NCBI GenBank assembly: GCA_052035175.1
Contig: JBPOHV010000001.1
Location: 459,338 to 523,337, forward strand
Length of the DNA: 64,000 nucleotides
Direction: 5' to 3'
Origin: a candidate division WWE3 bacterium
Lineage (GTDB): Bacteria; Patescibacteriota; WWE3; UBA101185; UBA10185
The notes beneath the pieces are model-generated. The model searched no databases. It was given only the letters and a program-made list of their open reading frames with translations, and had not been told where the DNA came from. Every line of letters starts with the position of its first letter. Position 1 is the first letter of the stretch. The position numbers were made by a program, and so were the translations under genes. Of the stretch, positions 36,196-45,418 are shown in pieces.

Positions 36196-37752
36196 ATGAA
36201 TAATAAAAATTTGCCCGGAATTATACATGCAGGCCTAGCGGTATTGTCTATAGCGCTGTTAGTGCTTGCTTTTTCTTTTAGTTTTAAAATTGTAGACAGA
36301 ATGAGAGGCGAAGTAGCTGCAGCAAAATCAGCGTTACCGACTATTGGCAGAAAACCAAGTGCGGTCTCAATGGTTTTTTGGCCTAATAATTTCTCTCCTA
36401 TAAATTATCCAGTTGCCGATCATGAGCAACTTCCAGTAGAAAATAACAACATAGTAGTTTTACAAAACATGAATCACACAGGAAGTGTTGGTTATTATTG
36501 GTCTAGGTTTACAGATACTCCATTTATTTGGAAAAACCAACAAGACTCTGGTGATCAAGATACAAAAGCTAGAATGTATGGTTATACTACTGCACCTTGT
36601 GGTGTGTATCAGGATATGCGTATGGAAATTTGGCCTGTGAGAGATAATATTCAGTATTATAACCATGGCGTTGTTTTCCCAAATACTGATCAATGGGTTT
36701 GCGGACCAAATGGAGACGGTACGAACTGGTTTAAGACTGTATCCGGCTTGCCAAATGGTGGCTTTAATAATGAACCGATATATGAATTGTTTTTTAGAGC
36801 TGCACCGATAAAGCTCGGTACTAATTATTTTTGGAATATCTCAAAACTTGATGTCTGTAATCCAGATGTAGGCGGTACAGGGTGTGAACTTGCAACCTGG
36901 CCACCTGTACAAGTTTTGGGTACAGTAGTAACACCAAAACAAATGTGTTCTGATGCCACAACAAATGCTAAGAATGCTATTTCTTGGGAACCTATTGTAA
37001 ATGCAACTGATTATCAAGTTGATGCATGTGCTGGCGCTTCTTGTACAAATTTTGCAAATGTTGCTACAGTTCCTGCCACACAACCTACTAGATTTATACA
37101 TCAAGGATTAGTTGATGATACTTATTACAGATATAGAGTACGTGGACATAACTCTAATGAGAACGTGTATGGTATCTGGTCAAATCCAGTTTCTGTAAAA
37201 GTTGACCCTACTTGTACAACATTTGTTTCATCTAAAAAGTACACAGGTGCCATTACAAATGGTAATAACACAGGTCTTGTTGCTGCTGATCTTGAATGCC
37301 AAGCCATGGCTGATACAGCTACTTTAGATGGTACATTTAAAGCTTGGTTGTCAACTGATGCTGCTGGTGGTGATGCAGTTACTCGTATAAGTAACTCTAA
37401 GTATAGACTTGTCACTGGCGTTCAAGTAGCTGATAGCAAGTCAGATTTGATTGATAGTGATCCACTTACTTCAGTTATAAATAAAACTGAGCTTGGCGCT
37501 ACTTCATCAGAAAGATTTGTGTACACAGGTACACTTGCCAATGGGCAAAATGCTTCTAATACTTGCTACAATTGGACATCAAGTAACCAAGCGCACAACG
37601 CAAACGTTGGAGATACTCAAAGTACTACAGGTGCATGGACAAATTATTCTAGTACCTTGCCATGTAGTTACAACAACACGCCTCCAAATAACCCAACAAT
37701 GTATCCCATCTACTGTTTCCAGACAGATGGTTTGATTGGCAACGGTTACTAA
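36196..37752 (+). CDS. Membrane-anchored extracytoplasmic protein with a fibronectin type III-like domain and a Cys-containing C-terminal domain (ORF-track start 36145)
   Basis: An N-terminal TM helix, then an FN3-like segment ATDYQVDACAGASCTNFANVATV...YYRYRVRGHNSNENVYGIWSNPVSV. Confidence 0.5.
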   Translation: MNNKNLPGIIHAGLAVLSIALLVLAFSFSFKIVDRMRGEVAAAKSALPTIGRKPSAVSMVFWPNNFSPINYPVADHEQLPVENNNIVVLQNMNHTGSVGYYWSRFTDTPFIWKNQQDSGDQDTKARMYGYTTAPCGVYQDMRMEIWPVRDNIQYYNHGVVFPNTDQWVCGPNGDGTNWFKTVSGLPNGGFNNEPIYELFFRAAPIKLGTNYFWNISKLDVCNPDVGGTGCELATWPPVQVLGTVVTPKQMCSDATTNAKNAISWEPIVNATDYQVDACAGASCTNFANVATVPATQPTRFIHQGLVDDTYYRYRVRGHNSNENVYGIWSNPVSVKVDPTCTTFVSSKKYTGAITNGNNTGLVAADLECQAMADTATLDGTFKAWLSTDAAGGDAVTRISNSKYRLVTGVQVADSKSDLIDSDPLTSVINKTELGATSSERFVYTGTLANGQNASNTCYNWTSSNQAHNANVGDTQSTTGAWTNYSSTLPCSYNNTPPNNPTMYPIYCFQTDGLIGNGY

Positions 37753-37784
37753 AAACTAAATAGAAATTCAATGATATGCCCCGG

Positions 37785-37830
37785 TACTACAAAGTACCGG
37801 GGCATATTTTATTTGTATGAAATTCTACTT
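37785..37830 (+). terminator. Strong intrinsic terminator
   Basis: atgccccggtact acaa agtaccggggcat followed by attttatttg. Confidence 0.7.
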
Positions 37831-37863
37831 GCAAGTAATTTATATTTGGAGTAGCTTTAAAGT

Positions 37864-39351
37864 ATGAAGCTTATAAATAATACAAAACTAATAACCTTAT
37901 TATTTATTTCATCTTTTTTTATATCCATATTTATAATCAACCCTGTATTCGCAAATAGTGATTTTGCAACATCTCCTGTTAATTATCGTTTGCTAGAAAC
38001 AAGCTATGATCACTTACCCGAACAGTTAGATGAGCAGATGCTTTGGGTTTATGTAGCAGTTCCCTGGCATATTGCAGAACCTTGTGATTCTGCTAAGCGT
38101 AATTGCCCATACAACTGGAATGACCCTGCTATGGTAGAGGTTGAGGATGCAATTGACCAATACATAGCCGCAGGGAAGAAAGTCTTTATTACAATAAAAA
38201 CCACTCCTGAGTGGGCAAGAGACCCACTATGTATTACAGCTGGTGCACCTACTTGTAGGCCCAAACAGTCAGCTTGGGATAATTTTGAACGATTTGCTAT
38301 AGCGTTATACGAACGACATCCATTAATTTTTGGACTTGAAGTTTGGAATGAGCCTGATGCTCCAGCATTTGAGACTTACTATGGTGGATGGGCAAATCCA
38401 GGAGATCCCACTTATGGAGGAGTTTGGTATGGAGAGTTTTTAGCTGACATTTATCCCACTATCAAAGCTGCGTTCGGTCCAAATAGATTTATATATATAG
38501 GTGGTTTAGCTCAAACTAATGTAGTCACTCACCCAAGTATGCAGTTTTTTTCTGGTGTCATGCAAACTATAAAAAATAGATCTGCGTGTATAAATGTAAT
38601 TGGCAGTAATTATGATTTGTGCGCAGACGGAATGCTGATGCATATGTATCCTTATTGGAAGTGTCTTGACGCTACTTGTACTGGTCTAGACTGGGATGTT
38701 GCGCGCGGTCAGTTAATGCAACTTGGCAATGAAGGCATGATAAAAGGAAAAATCATGTTTAATAAACAAATAATTTCTGATAACTGCAGTACAGAGGATT
38801 GTGTTAATAAATTTCCAATTAAAATTAATGAAACTGCTTTAATAAAAAATGACGCGAGTTGTGATCAGCCACATTATGCAGAGTATAAGCTAGCTAAAAT
38901 TAAATTTTTACCAAAGTTGTATTTTAGAGCGTTAGTCAACTTGGTAGGAAATACTCCATCGATAGCATATTTTGATTATGAAGATAGCTGGCAATGCGTA
39001 GGACTCAAGTATAATAATGAAACTGAACCGTTTGAAGTTTATGACTTCTTGTCTGAAAAACTTTATAATTACTCATGGAAGTTAGACTCTTACGTTTTTG
39101 GTGCAGGCAATAATACAGAGGTTGTTAAATTAAGAGATGAATATCAGCCAAACATTCAATTTTGGGCAGTTTATAATAATTCAAGTACAGTAATGTCGTG
39201 TTTCGATATACCGGTTGCAAATAGTGTTACAGTTTATGATGTGTTTGGTATTATAATGACTCCTCGGGTAGACTTCTGTAACCCAGTTCCGGGTGTATGG
39301 AACAGAGTTACACTTTACGATAGCCCAGTATATTTTAGTATTACCAATTGA
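37864..39351 (+). CDS. Secreted TIM-barrel glycoside hydrolase-like protein (clan GH-A style NEP motif)
   Basis: Signal peptide, then FGLEVWNEPDAP, the acid/base motif typical of GH5/GH39/GH42-type enzymes. Confidence 0.5.
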   Translation: MKLINNTKLITLLFISSFFISIFIINPVFANSDFATSPVNYRLLETSYDHLPEQLDEQMLWVYVAVPWHIAEPCDSAKRNCPYNWNDPAMVEVEDAIDQYIAAGKKVFITIKTTPEWARDPLCITAGAPTCRPKQSAWDNFERFAIALYERHPLIFGLEVWNEPDAPAFETYYGGWANPGDPTYGGVWYGEFLADIYPTIKAAFGPNRFIYIGGLAQTNVVTHPSMQFFSGVMQTIKNRSACINVIGSNYDLCADGMLMHMYPYWKCLDATCTGLDWDVARGQLMQLGNEGMIKGKIMFNKQIISDNCSTEDCVNKFPIKINETALIKNDASCDQPHYAEYKLAKIKFLPKLYFRALVNLVGNTPSIAYFDYEDSWQCVGLKYNNETEPFEVYDFLSEKLYNYSWKLDSYVFGAGNNTEVVKLRDEYQPNIQFWAVYNNSSTVMSCFDIPVANSVTVYDVFGIIMTPRVDFCNPVPGVWNRVTLYDSPVYFSITN

Positions 39352-39354
39352 GTA

Positions 39355-40455
39355 TTATTCAGTCAAATACACATTTCCAGTTTTTATTGAATATTCTAAG
39401 TTGTACTCAGACTTATTGTATCTATCTTTACCAGATGAAGTTGGGTAAAGCTTGAATTTGAGTGTTTCACTATCTATTATCATTATCTCTGGTTGTAAGC
39501 CTTTTGAATAATCTGAGAAATATAAATCTTTTATGATTGCCTGTACTTGTTTATTCTCCGACTTGTGTATAAGCCATTTTATAGTCATAGCATCAAGAAA
39601 AGCGAAATCATTGAGAATATAGTTATCATTCACTTTATACGAAGCTGTAAGTGTACTGTATATTTTATCTTGTGTTTTTATGCTTAGCTGGTTTAGATCT
39701 GTAACATACTGTTGGCTGTATGAACGTAATAAATGTCCCAATGCCTCATTGTCTACCAGATAAGACGTATCCTCATTAAAATGTTGTGAAAGATTGAAAT
39801 TACCTTCTTCGTTTTGTTGAAGCTCAAATGTTTTTGTACTTGGCAGGTATTTCCAACTTATGACGCTATACCAAATACCTATATCACCTGATTGCTTCTG
39901 ATTTACAAGATAATAGTTGGTGTACGCATCTGAGTTATAGACTATTATTTCTTTATCTGTAGTAACTAATATTTTATCTGGTGATAGATTATCTTTAGCA
40001 ACTTCTGTCGTGTTAGTACGATTTTTCCAGCCAAGTGTTTCGGTGTTTACTGAAGGAAGCTCTACTTTTTCTAATGAGTTATTGTCTTGTATATATAATC
40101 CATCTGCCAATATGACATAATAAGTGTTTTCTACTTTTCTAACATGCTTATTTAAGGCACTAGTTATGTCTGTTATCTCTTTGTATATTCCTTCATATTG
40201 TCTTAGGCTGGATAAAACTTGTTGATATATGATTGTGTCTGGCTTTCCATAAGTTGAAGCGCTGAGTTTAAATGTATCTACCCTTAAAATAGGTGTTCCT
40301 ATGTTACCTATTGGCATTTTCTTTTGTATGGCTGGCTGACCGTTATTAGTTTGCTTATAGTTACGTGCAGTTTGAAGAAGTGCCATACTGCTTCCAAAAA
40401 GTACCAATAAAATTATTGTTATACCAGATGCTATTAGTTGTTTATTTTTATGCAT
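39355..40455 (-). CDS. Hypothetical N-terminally anchored extracytoplasmic protein
   Basis: TM helix ASGITIILLVLFGSSMALL. No motif. Confidence 0.45.
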   Translation of the reverse strand: MHKNKQLIASGITIILLVLFGSSMALLQTARNYKQTNNGQPAIQKKMPIGNIGTPILRVDTFKLSASTYGKPDTIIYQQVLSSLRQYEGIYKEITDITSALNKHVRKVENTYYVILADGLYIQDNNSLEKVELPSVNTETLGWKNRTNTTEVAKDNLSPDKILVTTDKEIIVYNSDAYTNYYLVNQKQSGDIGIWYSVISWKYLPSTKTFELQQNEEGNFNLSQHFNEDTSYLVDNEALGHLLRSYSQQYVTDLNQLSIKTQDKIYSTLTASYKVNDNYILNDFAFLDAMTIKWLIHKSENKQVQAIIKDLYFSDYSKGLQPEIMIIDSETLKFKLYPTSSGKDRYNKSEYNLEYSIKTGNVYLTE

Positions 40456-40526
40456 ATCAAAATTGTACGCCGTTTGGGGTTAATTGTAGATACTTGTGTT
40501 GATTTATATAGAAAATCGCTATAGAT

Positions 40527-40724
40527 CTATGTTGTTCTTGGTTTAAAGTTGGTTTCAAAAAGCAATTTTAAGTAATGTTTGTCTTGTGGGATCATGTTCA
40601 AAGCATCTAAATCTTTCGCATCTACCCATAGCATGCTTTGCCCTTCATTCAAGTTTAATTTTTGATCAGGATTATATTTTGCCACCAAATAAGCTATAGA
40701 GAGACGGGTAAATAGGAGCATCAT
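40527..40724 (-). pseudogene. Possible remnant of a NUDIX-like hydrolase C-terminus (gene fragment)
   Basis: A 65-aa ORF bounded by a stop codon six codons upstream of its Met. It sits inside an unusually long 525-bp non-coding stretch. The NUDIX assignment is weak. Confidence 0.2.
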
Positions 40725-40980
40725 CTGTCCGTTGTTGTATTAAGGCTTGGTTACTTTCGTTATAAAGTACTATATTAGCTACTCTTCGAATTGATTCCAT
40801 ATTTATCTTTGGTGACCCAACTGAGATTAAACTGGAACCCCCTACTTTCATCTATTATTGATTTGGTAGGTGTGCTTAAGAGTCCAAGTCCGTCTATAAC
40901 TTTAGCTTTCAACTAAGCACTTATAGCTCATCTATTACTACCCAATATGTACTAGAAACCCTCAGTACTACTTTCAAGTC

Positions 40981-41886
40981 CTATTTCTTCTTTGACTTTC
41001 GCTCCTTTGCAATATCCTCGACAAAAAACTTGTTATACGTTTTAAAACTGCAGTTCAATATCTTGTATTGCTTAAGTCTGGTGGCAAAGTACAGATAAAA
41101 TGTAAACGCGGTAGCTAGAACTAAATCGATCCTATCAGGGTTTTTATCAAGCAATAATGACTCTTCCCCAGCGGTATCCTTTACCCAAAAATGCTGCAAA
41201 CCAGTAATGGGCAAATGGGTATATTCTGACAAATATCTATATACAAGTGTGTACATATGCTCCACACCACCGTTTTTAGTTTTCTGGCGTTTTTTTAATC
41301 TCTTGTCTACGCGTGATGCGCGATCGTATAGACTACCCCAAACCTTTCTAAACTCATCTTTGTTTTCATATGAAATATTTAGGGAGTCTTTGTACTTTTC
41401 AAGCTCTTTTAATGGGAGTTCTCTCATTTTATCCAGGATACTATCAGGAAACGTAGAAGGTCTTAGGTGGGGATATTTACTGTAGACACTTTGTAGCTCG
41501 TTCACTACGGTTACCTTATAGTAACTGCCCTCAATTACATAATGATATAGTGGATTATTGTTAGGTGACCCTAAAATGTAATGTGAGTTGATCCATGTTT
41601 CTGATATGCTCCTTAGTATTACGATGGCAGCATCCGGTCTACTCTGTTTACAAAGTTCAAATATAGCCTCTGTATAGGAGTTAATTGCGGCGAACGCCGA
41701 CAGTACATAATATTGTTTTGGCGATAGTTCGCTTTTAACAATTGTTTTTTTGACAAGTTCTTCTTTTGTGTAATTTATAAGCTCTGCTAGCGTATTTAAG
41801 ATTTTTTGATTTTCTTCACTTAATTTTGGCAACTCATTCATACAAGGATTATAGCTTTTATTACTATTGTTATATAATCGAAGCAT
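40981..41886 (-). CDS. Hypothetical protein (element cargo)
   Basis: Intact 301-aa ORF. Lys-rich C-terminus. Confidence 0.5.
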   Translation of the reverse strand: MLRLYNNSNKSYNPCMNELPKLSEENQKILNTLAELINYTKEELVKKTIVKSELSPKQYYVLSAFAAINSYTEAIFELCKQSRPDAAIVILRSISETWINSHYILGSPNNNPLYHYVIEGSYYKVTVVNELQSVYSKYPHLRPSTFPDSILDKMRELPLKELEKYKDSLNISYENKDEFRKVWGSLYDRASRVDKRLKKRQKTKNGGVEHMYTLVYRYLSEYTHLPITGLQHFWVKDTAGEESLLLDKNPDRIDLVLATAFTFYLYFATRLKQYKILNCSFKTYNKFFVEDIAKERKSKKK

Positions 41887-41888
41887 AA

Positions 41889-41981
41889 CTTAGCCGGTCA
41901 CTATGTTTTGAACGACACTAAATGTGTCTTGAACCCAAGAAGGGGCTACCTTTTTATTGGGTTCAAGGCTGACCGGCTAAG
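41889..41981 (+). repeat. Nested inverted-repeat element: a 12-bp perfect IR (cttagccggtca / tgaccggctaag) enclosing a 5-bp hairpin and an 11-bp perfect IR (cttgaacccaa / ttgggttcaag)
   Basis: Read directly from the sequence. It folds as a three-way junction if transcribed. Confidence 0.45.
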
Positions 41982-42008
41982 GACTACGAAAGGTAGTCCC
42001 TTTTTTAT
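41981..42008 (+). terminator. Intrinsic terminator-like hairpin plus T-tract immediately after the nested IR element
   Basis: ggactac gaaag gtagtcc cttttttatgg. Confidence 0.5.
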
Positions 42009-42034
42009 GGTATTAATTATGGGTAATTTCTAAT

Positions 42035-42373
42035 ATGTATATACTTTTGATTATATTTACAGTCTACTTAGCCAAGAAGTATTTTGAACTAAGGGAAGGC
42101 TATGCAGATCTATTTAAGGCAGATGGATTTATGACTGCGCGGCTCACAGAAGAGGTTGGTATCCGGCGTGTGGTTGAAATGTCCTGTGACTATATATGCA
42201 CCTTATCCGGTGCAGAAAAAGAACGAGCTGTACGGAACTTGAACCAGAGATTTGGTATTGCGATTAAGCTTAACTCAGATGGGAGCGTTACACGGGAGAC
42301 TGTAAACAAAATAGCGGAAATTTTTAGTGCAAGAAATCCAAGATTACCTATAGACAATGCTACTGAAAATTAA
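42035..42373 (+). CDS. Hypothetical small protein (element cargo)
   Basis: Intact 112-aa ORF with an N-terminal hydrophobic segment. Confidence 0.4.
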   Translation: MYILLIIFTVYLAKKYFELREGYADLFKADGFMTARLTEEVGIRRVVEMSCDYICTLSGAEKERAVRNLNQRFGIAIKLNSDGSVTRETVNKIAEIFSARNPRLPIDNATEN

Positions 42374-42465
42374 GATAGGAGGGGGGTACCTTTGCAGTTG
42401 TCCTGTTTGTAAATAGTTATGGCAAACAGACCTTGTACAATTTTGTATCAAATTTTTTGATATTA

Positions 42466-42804
42466 CTACTCCCGGCTGTATTTATACAGATCAATTATTT
42501 CCTGAGGTACCTCTTCATATTTTGAGTAAAGAGCCTCAATTTTAGTTTGTATAACTGCCTGTTCTTTGAACAAGTTAGCTACGGCAGCATAGTCTTTTTC
42601 TAACAAAGCTTTGTTTTCTTCGCGGCATAAGTTGTACATTTGGTTGAAGTCAGAGCCCATAGTACCCATATCAGTACCTATTTCGTAAAGTTTATCGTTT
42701 TGCGTTTGTAGCTCTCTTATAAGTTTTTCTTTTTGAAACGCATTTATACCAAGACCAACAACTAACATTGTGAAAAGTATTGTGACCGCTTTACTCTTAC
42801 TCAT
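42466..42804 (-). CDS. Hypothetical membrane-anchored coiled-coil protein (ORF-track start 42948; MSKSK start at 42804 is likely)
   Basis: TM helix AVTILFTMLVVGLGINAF followed by a helical region. Confidence 0.4.
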   Translation of the reverse strand: MSKSKAVTILFTMLVVGLGINAFQKEKLIRELQTQNDKLYEIGTDMGTMGSDFNQMYNLCREENKALLEKDYAAVANLFKEQAVIQTKIEALYSKYEEVPQEIIDLYKYSRE

Positions 42805-42889
42805 GTTTCTGATCGTAGCACTTCCCCCACCCGGAAACAATAAATTAGCTATACCTCGTCTATAAAACAAATAGTGGTAAAATGACCTC

Positions 42890-43927
42890 ATGAACATATT
42901 TTTGGCGCCTCGTTCAAACGAAACATCATATAAAAACTTTTTGAGCACTATTGAAAGTGGTGTTGACTACTCAATAATTGAACCTCATCTAGACGAACAA
43001 GGAAAACAACTATTGGCCTCCGAAGATAAAATCTTTGCATGGGGTACTAAAGACTCTAAAAAAAGTTCATGGGAGAAGCTATTACCAGGTGATGTAGTGT
43101 TATTTTACAAGGGGAGAGAAGGCGAAGAACGCGAAGGCAAGCTTGTTTATGCAGGCAGATTACTATACAAACAAAACAGTAAGGCGTTGGGCACCTCTTT
43201 ATGGCCACCTAAAACCGGAGAAGAGCCTTGGACATGTATTTTCTTTTTAAACGATCTTAAACCAGTTTATATACCAATAACCGACATAGCGGATTTTGCA
43301 GGTTACAGTAGAAATCTTATTGTTCAAGGTTTTATGCCTATTAATGAGGATGGTGTAAATGCTATTTTGGCAAAGTTTGGAGATGTTGATAAATTTATTA
43401 AACATTACTCAGCGGATGCCCCAGTAAGTGCGAACGATTTGGAAGAAGAAGAAAACCACATTAGTGCTCATTCTGAAGCACAACTTCTATTACTGAAAAT
43501 AGGTACATTACTTGGGTTTGATACTTTTTGTCCTGATAAAGGTGCGGAGGCATACGGGGAAAAGTTAATCGACTATATTTCTTTACGAGAAGTCCCTAAG
43601 AGGTTTCTTGGTGAGGATATTTTAAAACTAGTCACTCAAATAGATGTAATTTGGTTTAAAGACGAGGTTCCAGTCGCAGCATTTGAAGTAGAACACAGCA
43701 CAAAGATTTTAAGTGGCATGCAGCGGCTGTGCCAGCTTAGTCCACTATCGACTAGGCTATACATAGTAGCCTCGACTAAGGATTATCATTTGTACGAAAA
43801 ATTTATTAATACAGACCCATATTATAAAAATAAAGGCTCTTTTAGATTTAGAAGCTACAAACAACTAGAAAGCTATTTTAAGTCAGTATCTGAGTTCACG
43901 GCCATACGTGACGTATTTATGGAGTAA
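42890..43927 (+). CDS. PUA/EVE-like domain fused to a PD-(D/E)xK-like nuclease domain; a candidate modification-dependent (Type IV-like) restriction endonuclease
   Basis: The N-terminal KIFAWGTKDSKKSSWEKLLPGDVVLFYKG...KLVYAGRLLYK fits the PUA-like EVE pattern (W...GD.v.FY). The C-terminal HSEAQLLLLKIG...IDVIWFKDEVPVAAFEVEHSTKI has E, then D, then the E.E..K spacing of restriction-endonuclease-fold proteins. Confidence 0.45.
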   Translation: MNIFLAPRSNETSYKNFLSTIESGVDYSIIEPHLDEQGKQLLASEDKIFAWGTKDSKKSSWEKLLPGDVVLFYKGREGEEREGKLVYAGRLLYKQNSKALGTSLWPPKTGEEPWTCIFFLNDLKPVYIPITDIADFAGYSRNLIVQGFMPINEDGVNAILAKFGDVDKFIKHYSADAPVSANDLEEEENHISAHSEAQLLLLKIGTLLGFDTFCPDKGAEAYGEKLIDYISLREVPKRFLGEDILKLVTQIDVIWFKDEVPVAAFEVEHSTKILSGMQRLCQLSPLSTRLYIVASTKDYHLYEKFINTDPYYKNKGSFRFRSYKQLESYFKSVSEFTAIRDVFME

Positions 43928-43947
43928 ATTACATTGGATATGAACAT

Positions 43948-45408
43948 ATGTCTAAAGTAGGTAGAAATGACAAATGTCGATGTGGTTCTGGGAAGAAATA
44001 TAAATACTGTTGCGGCATTGATGGTGCACCAAAACTCCCAACAAATGTTAATAGACCCATAAGAGATAGAAATTTGATGATGATGCATGCAGTTGATGAT
44101 ATTTTCAAGTTTGATAAAAAAACTACATGGGATGATTTTCGAAAAAATATCAATGATGAACAAGTAAGAGAGTTTTATAGTTTTATGGATTGGCTGTGGC
44201 CGCTTGAAACTAATGTGGAAGCACTCTTACCTAAACCGTCAGATAAGCTTCGCGGCTTATACATTGGTGATATTAAGCCAGACAAAATTAGTACAAATAT
44301 ACTGCGCTACAGTTTATACACTGATGAAATTGTTGTTGTTAATCCATTTCCACATCCAAGAGCAATGTCCCCAGATTACAATCCGATTTTAAACCCCGGT
44401 CAATATAAACAAGATACATTGCAGATGATTTTTTTTGTAATGTCCTTATACAATTGGGTAGGTAAAGGTATTGTTCATTTAGTCCCTAACCCTATGGATT
44501 TCAATTATAAATTGCGTGATTCGTTCTTTTCTTCTGCTGAAGCACGGTGGAAAGATATCACTCCCGAAGATATGGAAAGCATATTAAGTGAAGAGGAAAA
44601 AAAGGAACTTGAAGAAGAAGGTAAGGATATGATTTTGAACACAATATCTCGTATGCCAGTAGATGCCCAAAAGGAGTTTATAAAACGACATCTACCTTCG
44701 ATTTCAGATACTGAAATGAACGCTCAAATCGACTTTATAAAGAGACAACGTAAAGCTAATGTATTATGGTTAGATCAAGATATGCCGGCAAACACGCCAG
44801 AACTTAAGGCTATGAGGTTAGGTGGCAATTTAGAACTAGGTTTGTATCTTAGTCAGTTAACAGGGTCCTATATGTATACAAATCGTAAATCCCAATGGAA
44901 CGAAATCTTATCGGTGCAGGTCAATAGCAATGATGAACAAGATATTTGGTCACCACTTACCAATGCGTTTCAATCGCTAGATTTCCAGTTTTTAGACAAT
45001 GTAAATTATGCTTTTATAGATAGATTGCAGGAAGAACAACGGCTTGAAAGTTTTAGAAACTACTTGCGTCGTGTGTGGGAAAGCATTAATAGTCCCACTC
45101 AAGCGTCAGAGGGTACTGTGCGCGAGTTTAAGGATGAACTTAAAGAGCAATACGCTATTGCAAAAGAGGATTGGAAGAAAATAGACATTACATTGAGAGA
45201 TTGGTTACTGAAAAAAAGCATACTCAACTCTGGCGCTGTTGCAGGAGCAAGTCAAATTCTTACAGGAAACATTAATTTGATAGCTCCAATGCTTGGGTTC
45301 TGCCTAGATGGTGTTAACCAGCTGCTTCAAGCAAATGATAAAAGAAAAGAGTTTAAGACAAAAGTACCCTTATCTGTATTTATTGATTTGGAAAATCATA
45401 GGCCATAA
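43948..45408 (+). CDS. SEC-C-motif (CxCGSGKKYKxCC zinc-binding) protein; the ~450-aa remainder has unknown function
   Basis: N-terminal KCRCGSGKKYKYCCG. It starts 20 nt after the nuclease-like gene. Confidence 0.5.
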   Translation: MSKVGRNDKCRCGSGKKYKYCCGIDGAPKLPTNVNRPIRDRNLMMMHAVDDIFKFDKKTTWDDFRKNINDEQVREFYSFMDWLWPLETNVEALLPKPSDKLRGLYIGDIKPDKISTNILRYSLYTDEIVVVNPFPHPRAMSPDYNPILNPGQYKQDTLQMIFFVMSLYNWVGKGIVHLVPNPMDFNYKLRDSFFSSAEARWKDITPEDMESILSEEEKKELEEEGKDMILNTISRMPVDAQKEFIKRHLPSISDTEMNAQIDFIKRQRKANVLWLDQDMPANTPELKAMRLGGNLELGLYLSQLTGSYMYTNRKSQWNEILSVQVNSNDEQDIWSPLTNAFQSLDFQFLDNVNYAFIDRLQEEQRLESFRNYLRRVWESINSPTQASEGTVREFKDELKEQYAIAKEDWKKIDITLRDWLLKKSILNSGAVAGASQILTGNINLIAPMLGFCLDGVNQLLQANDKRKEFKTKVPLSVFIDLENHRP

Positions 45409-45418
45409 ACACTTGATT

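Noticed and set aside
40810-40850. Declaring a definite attR direct repeat of tRNA-Glu
   Set aside because: Only a 9-mer plus a displaced 7-mer match. Chance occurrence is plausible, so it is kept as a tentative observation only.
41889-41981. Calling the nested inverted repeat a purine or c-di-GMP riboswitch
   Set aside because: Stem lengths and loop sizes (5 bp with a 5-nt loop, 11 bp with an 18-nt loop) and the junction sequences do not fit those consensus aptamers.
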